Part shown: positions 23,906 to 38,400 of the stretch, in pieces | Layout of the letters: the number at the start of each line of letters is the position of its first letter | Numbering within the stretch: the stretch's first letter is position 1 | NCBI RefSeq assembly: GCF_964355755.1 | Contig: NC_092672.1 | Coordinates: 186,001-250,000 of the forward strand | Direction: 5' to 3' | Source: Antedon mediterranea | Lineage: Eukaryota > Animalia > Echinodermata | Length of the DNA: 64,000 bases | Translations under genes and position numbers: made by a program | Notes under the pieces: generated by a model | Told to the model about the DNA's origin: nothing | Seen by the model: the letters and a program-made list of their open reading frames with translations, nothing else | Database searches by the model: none

Positions 23906-24894
23906 CTCTTGACATTGGAGCTATTAATATATTATTTCAAAACATGGTTGCTCGGTCGCCAGCGGGCCGGTACAAATTTCCAGATATTTTTCCCCTATGT
24001 TTTCGCCTATCCCAAGGTTAAAAATAGTGTTTTATTGTTTGAAAACAATGAGAGTTGGAATTAAAAATAATCAGATTCTCACCTAAGGTATTTAAATTTG
24101 GCTTAATTTTTATTTTTTATGAAAAGTAAATACACAATAGTAAGACAATGTAATTTTGCTTAAATTTAATTTGTAATGATTTAGAAAAGAATTATTCGTT
24201 GTTATATTTGTATGTATTGACTGGCGTGTGTGGCCGCACCGTTCCAGATAAATAAAAATATTTAAAACAATATAGTTTGTTTTCGTTTGTTGTAAGTTTT
24301 GGTGTTAGAAATTCACATCACATACTTATATGAACATGCTGATGGATTCATCATTCTTAAGTTTAAATCCGGGCCAAAGCCACTTAAGAATGGGTCAAAT
24401 GTCAAAATAGGTTAATTCAATGTTAATTAATATTTTAAGTAGGCTAACATCGACCAAACCAATTAATTAAAAATGTTCCTTTACCTCAGGAATCAAGATC
24501 CGTAGTCTTATGGACCATTCCTGTGCTCAATTAACTTAAGAACGCCCTTATTAGTGCTAATTAGACATTTAATTAGCATTTTGAGCCTACACATAATGCT
24601 ATTAAATTCGACGCCATTTGGAACATCGGCAACAAGAGAACAATATTTTTAATTTTGTCTACCAATAACGATTTTAGAATTAAAGTTAATACAACAAGTA
24701 TTTTATATGATATTTTAGGTAAATATGTTTTGCAGTAAAACAATGAATGTACTGATATAAAACTGTGCGTGGTATAGCTTTCCAAAGAAGGAAGAAACTA
24801 TAAATTAAATACCTTTACAAAGAAAAAGATTTTTTTAAATAAAAATAGTAAATTACAAAGCCTCCGATTTTAGACTCTTGTTCCTCATCCGGGG

Positions 24895-25050
24895 TTGGAA
24901 AATGTGATTGGTTGATAGATATCATGTGACATAACATACATAAGGTGTCTGCCATATTGAATTCTGCGAAGTGTCTTTCGTCCTGGAAATCCCGAGGCAT
25001 TTTAACATAATTTTATCATAATTTCGGTCAAATTTCACTAAATGTGAGTA
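24895..25050 (+). promoter_or_regulatory. Candidate promoter and non-coding first exon of GIGYF
   Basis: Reverse CCAAT (gattgg, ~24906), E-box-like tcatgtgac (~24922), YY1-like gccatattg (~24951), donor aat|gtgagt at 25044; acceptor at 26444 lies 10 nt before the ATG. Confidence 0.4.
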
Positions 25051-25823
25051 TTATAGGATATTTAAGATATTAATTTTGGCAAATATGAATACCGTCAGTC
25101 ATAAATAGACGGGCTTAGTTGTATGACAGTGACAAGACCAGCTTCGTCGTGTCGCTGGTGCACGTCGTGGTCTGTCTGGCATACATGACCAAATCAGGGG
25201 ACGTTCTCAAAATGTAGGCCTATGTCGATGTTGGACGGTAAAGTTATAGATATTTTCACATCATCCTCATATATTACAGATTTTACCGTTTAGAGCTTAT
25301 GTCTAGGAAATATGGGCCTGGTAGTTAGCTATGTTTTTACTGGATTATTTACAATTTAATTACAATTTACATGGATAAAGTATGAACTATTTATTATATT
25401 AATTGAATTCAATAATAAAACCCCAACCAATCCACATTTGTTAGCCTAGCCTAGGCCTAGCCTACACTCGCTTAATAGGCTAGTACGGGGTACTGCCTAA
25501 TCATACACTGCTTCAATGGCAATCAACCAGGCATACTAGCAGCAGTATTTTTGGTGGCTCCTCTCCCTACCACTCTACTACTAGGCTAGGCCTAGGCTCT
25601 ACAGTAAATAACTAGACCCAAACATCGTTATTAGGCCTGGCGAGGTCTATAATAACCTAGTTAGTATTAGTTAGTATTAAATATACACTCGGTGACAGAT
25701 GAAATAAGTTGCATGGGGTCACCATAATCAACTCCTGTAGGACGCTAAATTGATCATATTGTGCCATCTTGTCAACATTATCAAATTTAAGTCTTAAGTC
25801 GGTTTTACCCACTATGATCTTTA

Positions 25824-26161
25824 TGCACTTGTCAATTGTATGACCCACTATACGACCCCCGGGAGAGGTGCATCATGGGTGCGTCATTTACAAATAATTA
25901 CTGACGCAGGGGTGCGTCAAAAAACCTAGATGGTACGTCACATCAATGAACAAGGTGTGTCAATGTCCGTCACTTTACCACCCACAATATCATAAACAAC
26001 ATGGTAATAGTGCGTCAAAATGGGTGCGTTATGGTCACCTAAAGGTAAGTCACATTTTTTACGCACGGGTGCGTCATGGTATTCAATGGTATGACGCACA
26101 TCGAACAAATGACGCACCTCTCCCGGGGGTCGTATAGTGGGTCATACAATTGACAAGTGCA
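25824..26161. mobile_element. MITE with ~53-bp TIRs and TTA target duplication (PIF/Harbinger-like)
   Basis: tgcacttgtcaattgtatgacccactatacgacccccgggagaggtgc and its near-perfect reverse complement at the right end; flanked by tta on both sides; internal ggtgcgtca repeats. Confidence 0.8.
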
Positions 26162-26454
26162 TTACTCGCATTGCCTGGAGGTAAATTTGGGGATAAGTAT
26201 GTTCTTTTGAACAGCAGCAACTGATATGATCAAAAGCATAGCTATCGACACTCTGTACAAAATGAAGTTGATTTTATCACTACCAAATGTGAAACATATA
26301 TACTGTAAGCCAGAGCTTATACTAACTATCAATTAATTTAAAGTGTTCCTTTTTAAGTAAAATATGCACCGTAAAAACAAAAGTTATTTTTCACCAAGAA
26401 TTAAAATTTGCATTTAAATTTAACTAAAATGTATTTATTTTCAGTAATAGTATC

Positions 26455-29400
26455 ATGTCAGAGACATTAAACTTCGGTCCACAGTGGCTACGGGCTTTGT
26501 CTGGTGGTGGCAGTGGTGGTACCACAACCAGTAGTGTGACGTCACCCCCACCGTCGCCAGGAATAACTCAGTTTAAACTAGCGGAGTTCCGCTATGGTCG
26601 TGAAGAGATGTTAGCTCTATTTAAGAAATCCAACCAACCTCCGTCAGGGCTAGAAGAATTCTTGTCCATTTGTCGGAAGGATAGTGCCTTGCCTATGGCT
26701 TTGACTTCATTATCTGAAGAGGAGCAGGTTTGTTATTATTACAACAGTTTTTATTATTGTTAAATTCCATTTTGGACTCTATGCAACAATTTATGAAGAA
26801 ATAATAATAAAAGCCAGAACAGCAATAAAAAAAGAAAAATAAACATGTGACTATTTGATTTACAGTGAAATAAGATTTTTTATTGCACAATTAGTGCCAC
26901 AGCACTTGATATGCAAATACTAATTTAATAAATTTAACAATAATATTAGTAAAGTGAAAATATTTATTCTGTGTAGTCTCCTTGAAACTGGATTCTTTTA
27001 AAATAATGATAATCTTAAATTCAAATTTTTTGGAAAACAACCCAGAAGGGTGTTTTATTTTTTCAAGAATGAATTCAACAACTTTGTTTTAATCATCTTT
27101 TGACAGCATGCTCTTTCACAGTGTGTGAATTCCACGTTGGTGCTACGCTTAACAGGGCGAGGAACAGGGGGTACGGGTACAAGGGGAAGAGGTGGCACGA
27201 CAAGAGGAAGGGGTAAGTTTTACAGGGAGGAACAATCGATGACTAGGAAGAAGGAAGTTAAATTTATAACATCCTGGTTATTGAGCTTACAACTACGGAA
27301 TCTTATTTCTTTGTTTTTAGGTAGAGGAAGGGGAGAGTTTATGAGGAGTAGCTATGATGAAGAGGGTGGTGGAGGAGGAGGTGGAGCATTTTCACGTAAT
27401 TTCAATAGGACTCAAAGTTGGGATGAAAGGTATGTTTTGCTGTTAATTAATTTATTGAAAACAAACCATGTTTAACTATGTTTACTGATTGTATTAATAT
27501 CAGCACATCTAATGACATTTTGTCTATTCATCTTTGCACCATTTAAAATGAAGGCATTTATTGTAAGCTGTGCAATGCTGAGAAGGAGTACAATGATGTA
27601 ACATACTGTACTTAGCTAACCCTCAGTGTGTGGAACTAACAGGAATTAGTTTGTTCTGAATTATTATGTACTAATAGGGTTAGGGTTAGGAGAAGGAGTA
27701 CAATGATGTAACATACTGTACTTAGCTAACCCTCAGTGTGTGGAACTAACAGGAATTAGTTTGTTCTGAATTATTATGTACTAATAGGGTGTATTTATTA
27801 TTACCATAATTTACTTAATATTCAAGTCTACCAATAAGGTTCTTTCGTACTTTCTCACTGTTACTGTCTGGTACTGTATGTTACTGTCTGGTACTGTATG
27901 TTACTGTATGTTATTGTCTGGTACTGTCTGTTACTGTCTGGTACTGTCTGTTACTGTATGTCTAGGCTCGCACTGGCCGATCGCCAAGTCGCCATGGGCG
28001 AAAACGTTTCTAGATTGGCGAAAAATAAAACGGCTACTTTAGCCATTTTGGCGATGACATATGATAAAATAGATAATTCAATAATCATTTTGGCGAAAGC
28101 ATAAAGTCCAACTAAAAGGTCCATTTGTCGATCTCCAAGCATTTATTTTGTTCGTTATCACGTTGTTTACTTCAAGCTCCATTTTTCGTCAACTTGTTTC
28201 GGTGTACCAGGCGTCTCTTTGTTATTTCGAAGATGGAGATAGCAGAGGTAGACTGCACAGAGAGACAGACTTTACACGACACATGGATGATGAAGTCTAC
28301 CCAAACTATCACGTGTTGTGCGCTGCACAAACGATCGACTACGTAGCCGACGGTCGGCTAATTACCGGGATTGTCTATATTTCGATAGGGGTGTACTTTT
28401 CAGATTAAAAAGAAACATTACTGTATAGTATCTTCGATGAATGACGTCTTAATCTTATCGAAATGAAAAATGTATGCGTTATGCATTTTAGAGTCTTCCA
28501 ATTTAATGTAGTTTCATATTTTACCCTTAATAAACTTCGCTCGTGCGTCAGTGTAAACAAAACAACATGTGGGAAATGGTAGAGTCTAACGGGGATTTAG
28601 CTAAACACACACGTGCATCTGAGCGGGGCCGGCCGCCGGCTTCTGTGTTGTTGTGTAAATAAATAATAATCGGGATAGATTTCTCGCCCTGACAGAAACG
28701 CTTCGGCGCAGCCTTGACGTACGTGTACTCTGTGCTTTGGCCTATATTATCTTACGTTTAACAACGATACAAGTGTTCGTTTGCTAGGAATTTTCCTCAA
28801 TATTTTTAGCATACGATAGACCGTTGCGTTGTTGTACATAATTTTGTAGGCCTAGGCCGGTGGTTCTGCACTTTCGCACCTCTTGAGCATACCCAATTTA
28901 AAAACATTAACCCGCTGCGCGGCGGTGATTCTGAGTGATTCTAGGACACGATTTTCGCCTGGTACGCCATGGAAGCCGTAATCATACAGTGATTTAGGCA
29001 TGGTTCTTTATCTCAATGCCTTACAAAAATCTTCAGGGAACAGTGTATAGACTTGTTGACATAGATAAATTGACTAAAATGTTTTTACCACTATATTTCA
29101 AAAATTTTAAATTTTGGCTATAAACCGATTCATTTGGCTAAATAAAAAAATTTGACTTTAGCCATTTTGACTATAGATAAACTGATTTGACTAAAAAAAA
29201 TATTTTGACTTTCGCCAAATGGCTAAACAAAATGAAATGTTAGTGCTACCCCAGTAGTATGTTACTGTATGTTACTGTCTGGTACTGTATGTTCTTTTGG
29301 AGTAAAATATAAAATATCTTGCAATTCTTAAGAAAAATGAGCTGATCTGATTGGTGGATGTAAATCTCTCCTGGGCATTACACAGACAGCCTGGATGAAG

Positions 29401-32400
29401 TTTGTGAGGAAGGAAGTTGAATTGACAATTATAATTGCTATTTCTCTATCCAATTCCTACTGTAAAATTGAATATTATATTCATTGATGGATATTATTAT
29501 AAAAACGCTCTTTACAGAATATTTAAATTTGTAAAGAAAACCGATTTCCAAAGTATGTATACTTAACTGACAATAAAGCAAGCTAAGATATAGTAACAGT
29601 GTTTCAACGCTAATGATAGTACAGTAGTATTCAATAAAAGAAGGTGATCTTGATTTTCTGTTCTAATTTTTTTTTTTTTTGGTCAATACAGTATTCAATT
29701 TAGCAGATTTATTTTGGGTTAATTTCAGTCGTGATTCAAGGTTTCGTAATTTTGAAGAGTCCGGTCCACCGTCGCCTAGGAAGCATTTTGATCGTAGTAT
29801 TAGTGAGAATTGGCGTTCGCGTAGTGAGAGGGGATCAACTAGAGAGAATGGGGAAGAGGATGGAGGTTGGAGACAAGCCCCCTCAAGGACATCTCGTTCA
29901 ACTCGTGATGACGACAATTGGAGGTCGGGGGGAGGTAAGACGTTTGTGATTTTAAGATTTGATTGATATATTCAGTTAAAAGAATAAAAAAGAATTTTTA
30001 AAATGTCCAGTTATTGTGATAAATGTACGGGTTTGTTTATTAGGAGGACCAAGAACAAGTTGGCGGCATCCACGAGAACGTAATGCATCGTTTAATGAGT
30101 ATGACGAAGAACAAGAACGAGACAGGGGTGAGCGCCCAGAAAGGAGGTACAGTTCACGTAATCGACGAGACAGTTTTGAGGATGCTGCGGAAGATTTGCC
30201 AGAATGGGCGATGGATGACGCATTTGAAGGGGACGCAATGATTAGTTCTTTTGATTCCTCTGGAGCCTTTTTCTCAATGAAGGCAAGTACATTATATTTA
30301 TAGAGTTATTACCATGTATGATATGGTATTAAAACTCAAGTTTGATACCAGCCCATTTGAGATTTGGTTTTTATGTCCCTTTTATTTTTATCCTATTGTG
30401 ATGAATCAATTTGAATTTATAAAGTGAAAAATCCTTGTGTAGTAACATGATTTGGAAATTGATTTTTTGCAGAAAGAGGAGAAAGATGAAAATAAAAAAG
30501 AAAATAAAAGCGAAGATGATTCCAAGTCTGATACAAAGACCACTGATAGTAATAAAGAACAAAATGCCTTGAAAGTAATTCATAAAAAAGACAAAGAAAC
30601 TAAGACTGCTAATAGTGCCAAAGTAGATAAAAACTCATCAAAAACTAGTATTTCAAATATTGATTCAACCAAAGATACCAAATCTGAAACGAAGGAAGAC
30701 GTTAGTAGAAAGACTCCTGGTGAGTTGTTGTTGGCAGAAATTACAAGTAAAAAACCTTTAACAAAAAGAATAGAAGAAGAACAACATCAAACACTAGAGA
30801 GTGTGGAAAAGGGCCTATTAGCTATAACAGAGAGTGAACCACCTGATTGCAAACAAGCGGAGGAAATGAAAGATGAGAAAGTAAAGGAAGAACAGGTGGA
30901 AGAAGAGGATCCATTAGCAAGGATAGAGAAAGAAGCAGCAGAGGACATTGTCAAGATGACTGAAGAAGTAGGATATTTTATATCAATCTTTTTATAATAA
31001 ATTTTTTCAGTTTCTTTCTCTTATATGCAGTAAAATATCCTGGATTTGTAAAACATTTAATGTTGTGAAACCCCTAAGTGCTGTACAAGACACATGGAGG
31101 AAAAAAAAAAGAAGCTAAACCTTAACCAAAGTATGAGGATACGCCCTCATTGCTTACCTCGAGTCGGTCTAAAATTAAATTCATTTTGTCTCGGTCATCT
31201 CCGACTTGCCCGCCTCCTACCCTAAAAAAAAGTATATGCAGTATTTTCATTTCATTTTAATAATTGTTTTCATTGTCATTTGGAAACAAATTGATGACTT
31301 GTCTATTTGTGTAATGATACTAATGTTGTATGTATATGTTCTAATTATTTTACTAAATATATATTGTGTTTTGTAATATTAACTAATGATTAATTATTGT
31401 GATAGGACGATGATGACAAACTGTTACGAACCCTTACTGGTAAACTTCATTATCAACAACAGCAGCAGCAGCAAGCTGCAAGCAAAGTTGCAGCTGCAAC
31501 TGCAGACATTCCTCGTATGTGGTACTACAAAGATCCTCAAGGTGCTGTACAAGGCCCATTCAGTGCTGGGGAGATGGCAGATTGGTTTGGGGCTGGCTAT
31601 TTTACTATGACACTTCTTGTTAAACGCAGCTTTGATGATGTCTTCCTTCCTTTAGGTGAATTAATTAAACAATGGGGACGAGTCCCATTTATACAGGGTC
31701 CAGAACCAATGCCAACAAAGGTAATAATATGTAAAATATATATGATACAATGGGGACGAGTCCCATTTATACAGGGCCCAGAACCAATGCCAACAAAGGT
31801 AATAATATATAAAATATATATGATACAATGGGGACGAGTCCCATTTATACAGGGTCCAGAACCAATGCCAACAAAGGTAATAATATGTAAAATATATATG
31901 ATACAATGGGGACGAGTCCCATTTATACAGGGCCCAGAACCAATGCCAACAAAGGTAATAATATGTAACATATATATGATACAATGGGGACGAGTCCCAT
32001 TTATACAGGGCCCAGAACCAATGCCAACAAAGGTAATAATATGTAACATATATATGATACAATGGGGACGAGTCCCATTTATACAGGGCCCAGAACCAAT
32101 GCCAACAAAGGTAATAATATGTAACATATATATGATACAATGGGGACGAGTCCCATTTATACAGGGCCCAGAACCAATGCCAACAAAGGTAATAATATAT
32201 AAAATATATATGATACAATGGGGACGAGTCCCATTTATACAGGGTCCAGAACCAATGCCAACAAAGGTAATAATATGTAAAATATATATGATACAATGGG
32301 GACGAGTCCCATTTATACAGGGCCCAGAACCAATGCCAACAAAGGTAATAATATGTAACATATATATGATACAATGGGGACGAGTCCCATTTATACAGGG

Positions 32401-35400
32401 CCCAGAACCAATGCCAACAAAGGTAATAATATGTAAAATATATATGATACAATGGGGACGAGTCCCATTTATACAGGGTCCAGAACCAATGCCAACAAAG
32501 GTAATAATATGTAAAATATATATGATACAATGGGGACGAGTCCCATTTATACAGGGCCCAGAACCAATGCCAACAAAGGTAATAATATGTAACATATATA
32601 TGATACAATGGGGACGAGTCCCATTTATACAGGGCCCAGAACCAATGCCAACAAAGGTAATAATATGTAAAATATATATGATACAATGGGGACGAGTCCC
32701 ATTTATACAGGGCCCAGAACCAATGCCAACAAAGGTAATAATATGTAACATATATATGATACAATGGGGACGAGTCCCATTTATACAGGGCCCAGAACCA
32801 ATGCCAACAAAGGTAATAATATGTAAAATATATATGATACAATGGGGACGAGTCCCATTTATACAGGGCCCAGAACCAATGCCAACAAAGGTAATAATAT
32901 GTAAAATATATATGATACAATGGGGACGAGTCCCATTTATACAGGGCCCAGAACCAATGCCAACAAAGGTAATAATATATAAAATATATATGATACAATG
33001 GGGACGAGTCCCATTTATACAGGGTCCAGAACCAATGCCAACAAAGGTAATAATATGTAAAATATATATGATACAATGGGGACGAGTCCCATTTATACAG
33101 GGCCCAGAACCAATGCCAACAAAGGTAATAATATGTAAAATATATATGATACAATGGGGACGAGTCCCATTTATACAGGGCCCAGAACCAATGCCAACAA
33201 AGGTAATAATATGTAAAATATATATGATACAATGGGGACGAGTCCCATTTATACAGGGCCCAGAACCAATGCCAACAAAGGTAATAATATATAAAATATA
33301 TATGATACAATGGGGACGAGTCCCATTTATACAGGGTCCAGAACCAATGCCAACAAAGGTAATAATATGTAAAATATATATGATACAATGGGGACGAGTC
33401 CCATTTATACAGGGCCCAGAACCAATGCCAACAAAGGTAATAATATGTAAAATATATATGATACAATGGGGACGAGTCCCATTTATACAGGGTCCAGAAC
33501 CAATGCCAACAAAGGTAATAATATGTAACATATATATGATACAATGGGGACGAGTCCCATTTATACAGGGCCCAGAACCAATGCCAACAAAGGTAATAAT
33601 ATGTAAAATATATATGATACAATGGGGACGAGTCCCATTTATACAGGGCCCAGAACCAATGCCAACAAAGGTAATAATATGTAACATATATATGATACAA
33701 TGGGGACGAGTCCCATTTATACAGGGCCCAGAACCAATGCCAACAAAGGTAATAATATGTAAAATATATATGATACAATGGGGACGAGTCCCATTTATAC
33801 AGGGTCCAGAACCAATGCCAACAAAGGTAATAATATGTAAAATATATATGATACAATGGGGACGAGTCCCATTTATACAGGGCCCAGAACCAATGCCAAC
33901 AAAGGTAATAATATGTAAAATATATATGATACAATGGGGACGAGTCCCATTTATACAGGGTCCAGAACCAATGCCAACAAAGGTAATAATATGTAAAATA
34001 TATATGATACAATGGGGACGAGTCCCATTTATACAGGGTCCAGAACCAATGCCAACAAAGGTAATATGTAAAATATATATGATACAATGGGGACGAGTCC
34101 CATTTATACAGGGCCCAGAACCAATGCCAACAAAGGTAATAATATGTAAAATATATATGATACAATGGGGACGAGTCCCATTTATACAGGGTCCAGAACC
34201 AATGCCAACAAAGGTAATAATATGTAAAATATATATGATACAATGGGGACGAGTCCCATTTATACAGGGTCCAGAACCAATGCCAACAAAGGTAATAATA
34301 TGTAAAATATATATGATACAATGGGGACGAGTCCCATTTATACAGGGTCCAGAACCAATGCCAACAAAGGTAATAATATGTAAAATATATATGATACAAT
34401 GGGGACGAGTCCCATTTATACAGGGCCCAGAACCAATGCCAACAAAGGTAATAATATGTAAAATATATATGATACAATGGGGACGAGTCCCATTTATACA
34501 GGGCCCAGAACCAATGCCAACAAAGGTAATAATATGTAACATATATATGATACAATGGGGACGAGTCCCATTTATACAGGGTCCAGAACCAATGCCAACA
34601 AAGGTAATAATATGTAAAATATATATGATACAATGGGGACGAGTCCCATTTATACAGGGTCCAGAACCAATGCCAACAAAGGTAATAATATGTAAAATAT
34701 ATATGATACAATGGGGACGAGTCCCATTTATACAGGGCCCAGAACCAATGCCAACAAAGGTAATAATATGTAAAATATATATGATACAATGGGGACGAGT
34801 CCCATTTATACAGGGTCCAGAACCAATGCCAACAAAGGTAATAATATGTAAAATATATATGATACAATGGGGACGAGTCCCATTTATACAGGGTCCAGAA
34901 CCAATGCCAACAAAGGTAATAATATGTAAAATATATATGATACAATGGGGACGAGTCCCATTTATACAGGGTCCAGAACCAATGCCAACAAAGGTAATAA
35001 TATGTAAAATATATATGATACAATGGGGACGAGTCCCATTTATACAGGGTCCAGAACCAATGCCAACAAAGGTAATAATATGTAAAATATATATGATACA
35101 ATGGGGACGAGTCCCATTTATACAGGGCCCAGAACCAATGCCAACAAAGGTAATAATATGTAAAATATATATGATACAATGGGGACGAGTCCCATTTATA
35201 CAGGGCCCAGAACCAATGCCAACAAAGGTAATAATATGTAAAATATATATGATACAATGGGGACGAGTCCCATTTATACAGGGTCCAGAACCAATGCCAA
35301 CAAAGGTAATAATATGTAAAATATATATGATACAATGGGGACGAGTCCCATTTATACAGGGTCCAGAACCAATGCCAACAAAGGTAATAATATGTAAAAT

Positions 35401-38400
35401 ATATATGATACAATGGGGACGAGTCCCATTTATACAGGGCCCAGAACCAATGCCAACAAAGGTAATAATATGTAAAATATATATGATACAATGGGGACGA
35501 GTCCCATTTATACAGGGCCCAGAACCAATGCCAACAAAGGTAATAATATGTAAAATATATATGATACAATGGGGACGAGTCCCATTTATACAGGGCCCAG
35601 AACCAATGCCAACAAAGGTAATAATATGTAAAATATATATGATACAATGGGGACGAGTCCCATTTATACAGGGTCCAGAACCAATGCCAACAAAGGTAAT
35701 AATATGTAAAATATATATGATACAATGGGGACGAGTCCCATTTATACAGGGTCCAGAACCAATGCCAACAAAGGTAATAATATGTAAAATATATATGATA
35801 CAATGGGGACGAGTCCCATTTATACAGGGTCCAGAACCAATGCCAACAAAGGTAATAATATGTAAAATATATATGATACAATGGGGACGAGTCCCATTTA
35901 TACAGGGCCCAGAACCAATGCCAACAAAGGTAATAATATGTAAAATATATATGATACAATGGGGACGAGTCCCATTTATACAGGGTCCAGAACCAATGCC
36001 AACAAAGGTAATAATATGTAAAATATATATGATACAATGGGGACGAGTCCCATTTATACAGGGCCCAGAACCAATGCCAACAAAGGTAATAATATGTAAA
36101 ATATATATGATACAATGGGGACGAGTCCCATTTATACAGGGTCCAGAACCAATGCCAACAAAGGTAATAATATGTAAAATATATATGATACAATGGGGAC
36201 GAGTCCCATTTATACAGGGCCCAGAACCAATGCCAACAAAGGTAATAATATGTAAAATATATATGATACAATGGGGACGAGTCCCATTTATACAGGGTCC
36301 AGAACCAATGCCAACAAAGGTAATAATATGTAAAATATATATGATACAATGGGGACGAGTCCCATTTATACAGGGTCCAGAACCAATGCCAACAAAGGTA
36401 ATAATATGTAAAATATATATGATACAATGGGGACGAGTCCCATTTATACAGGGCCCAGAACCAATGCCAACAAAGGTAATAATATGTAAAATATATATGA
36501 TACAATGGGGACGAGTCCCATTTATACAGGGCCCAGAACCAATGCCAACAAAGGTAATAATATGTAAAATATATATGATACAATGGGGACGAGTCCCATT
36601 TATACAGGGCCCAGAACCAATGCCAACAAAGGTAATAATATGTAAAATATATATGATACAATGGGGACGAGTCCCATTTATACAGGGTCCAGAACCAATG
36701 CCAACAAAGGTAATAATATGTAAAATATATATGATACAATGGGGACGAGTCCCATTTATACAGGGTCCAGAACCAATGCCAACAAAGGTAATAATATGTA
36801 AAATATATATGATACAATGGGGACGAGTCCCATTTATACAGGGTCCAGAACCAATGCCAACAAAGGTAATAATATGTAAAATATATATGATACAATGGGG
36901 ACGAGTCCCATTTATACAGGGCCCAGAACCAATGCCAACAAAGGTAATAATATGTAAAATATATATGATACAATGGGGACGAGTCCCATTTATACAGGGT
37001 CCAGAACCAATGCCAACAAAGGTAATAATATGTAAAATATATATGATACAATGGGGACGAGTCCCATTTATACAGGGCCCAGAACCAATGCCAACAAAGG
37101 TAATAATATGTAAAATATATATGATACAATGGGGACGAGTCCCATTTATACAGGGTCCAGAACCAATGCCAACAAAGGTAATAATATGTAAAATATATAT
37201 GATACAATGGGGACGAGTCCCATTTATACAGGGTCCAGAACCAATGCCAACAAAGGTAATAATATGTAAAATATATATGATACAATGGGGACGAGTCCCA
37301 TTTATACAGGGCCCAGAACCAATGCCAACAAAGGTAATAATATGTAAAATATATATGATACAATGGGGACGAGTCCCATTTATACAGGGCCCAGAACCAA
37401 TGCCAACAAAGGTAATAATATGTAAAATATATATGATACAATGGGGACGAGTCCCATTTATACAGGGTCCAGAACCAATGCCAACAAAGGTAATAATATG
37501 TAAAATATATATGATACAATGGGGACGAGTCCCATTTATACAGGGTCCAGAACCAATGCCAACAAAGGTAATAATATGTAAAATATATATGATACAATGG
37601 GGACGAGTCCCATTTATACAGGGTCCAGAACCAATGCCAACAAAGGTAATAATATGTAAAATATATATGATACAATGGGGACGAGTCCCATTTATACAGG
37701 GTCCAGAACCAATGCCAACAAAGGTAATAATATGTAAAATATATATGATACAATGGGGACGAGTCCCATTTATACAGGGCCCAGAACCAATGCCAACAAA
37801 GGTAATAATATGTAAAATATATATGATACAATGGGGACGAGTCCCATTTATACAGGGTCCAGAACCAATGCCAACAAAGGTAATAATATGTAAAATATAT
37901 ATGATACAATGGGGACGAGTCCCATTTATACAGGGCCCAGAACCAATGCCAACAAAGGTAATAATATGTAAAATATATATGATACAATGGGGACGAGTCC
38001 CATTTATACAGGGTCCAGAACCAATGCCAACAAAGGTAATAATATGTAAAATATATATGATACAATGGGGACGAGTCCCATTTATACAGGGTCCAGAACC
38101 AATGCCAACAAAGGTAATAATATGTAAAATATATATGATACAATGGGGACGAGTCCCATTTATACAGGGCCCAGAACCAATGCCAACAAAGGTAATAATA
38201 TGTAAAATATATATGATACAATGGGGACGAGTCCCATTTATACAGGGTCCAGAACCAATGCCAACAAAGGTAATAATATGTAAAATATATATGATACAAT
38301 GGGGACGAGTCCCATTTATACAGGGCCCAGAACCAATGCCAACAAAGGTAATAATATGTAAAATATATATGATACAATGGGGACGAGTCCCATTTATACA

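Noticed and set aside
14089-26454. Missing RING exons of paralog B
   Set aside because: No Cys/His RING pattern with splice sites found by eye; the region is repeat-derived and poly(A) signals follow the CLVM stop. An HMM search is still needed to be sure.
27675-27690. Telomere-like tagggttagggttagg (also ggttagggttagg at ~1023)
   Set aside because: Only two to three units; too short to call an interstitial telomere.
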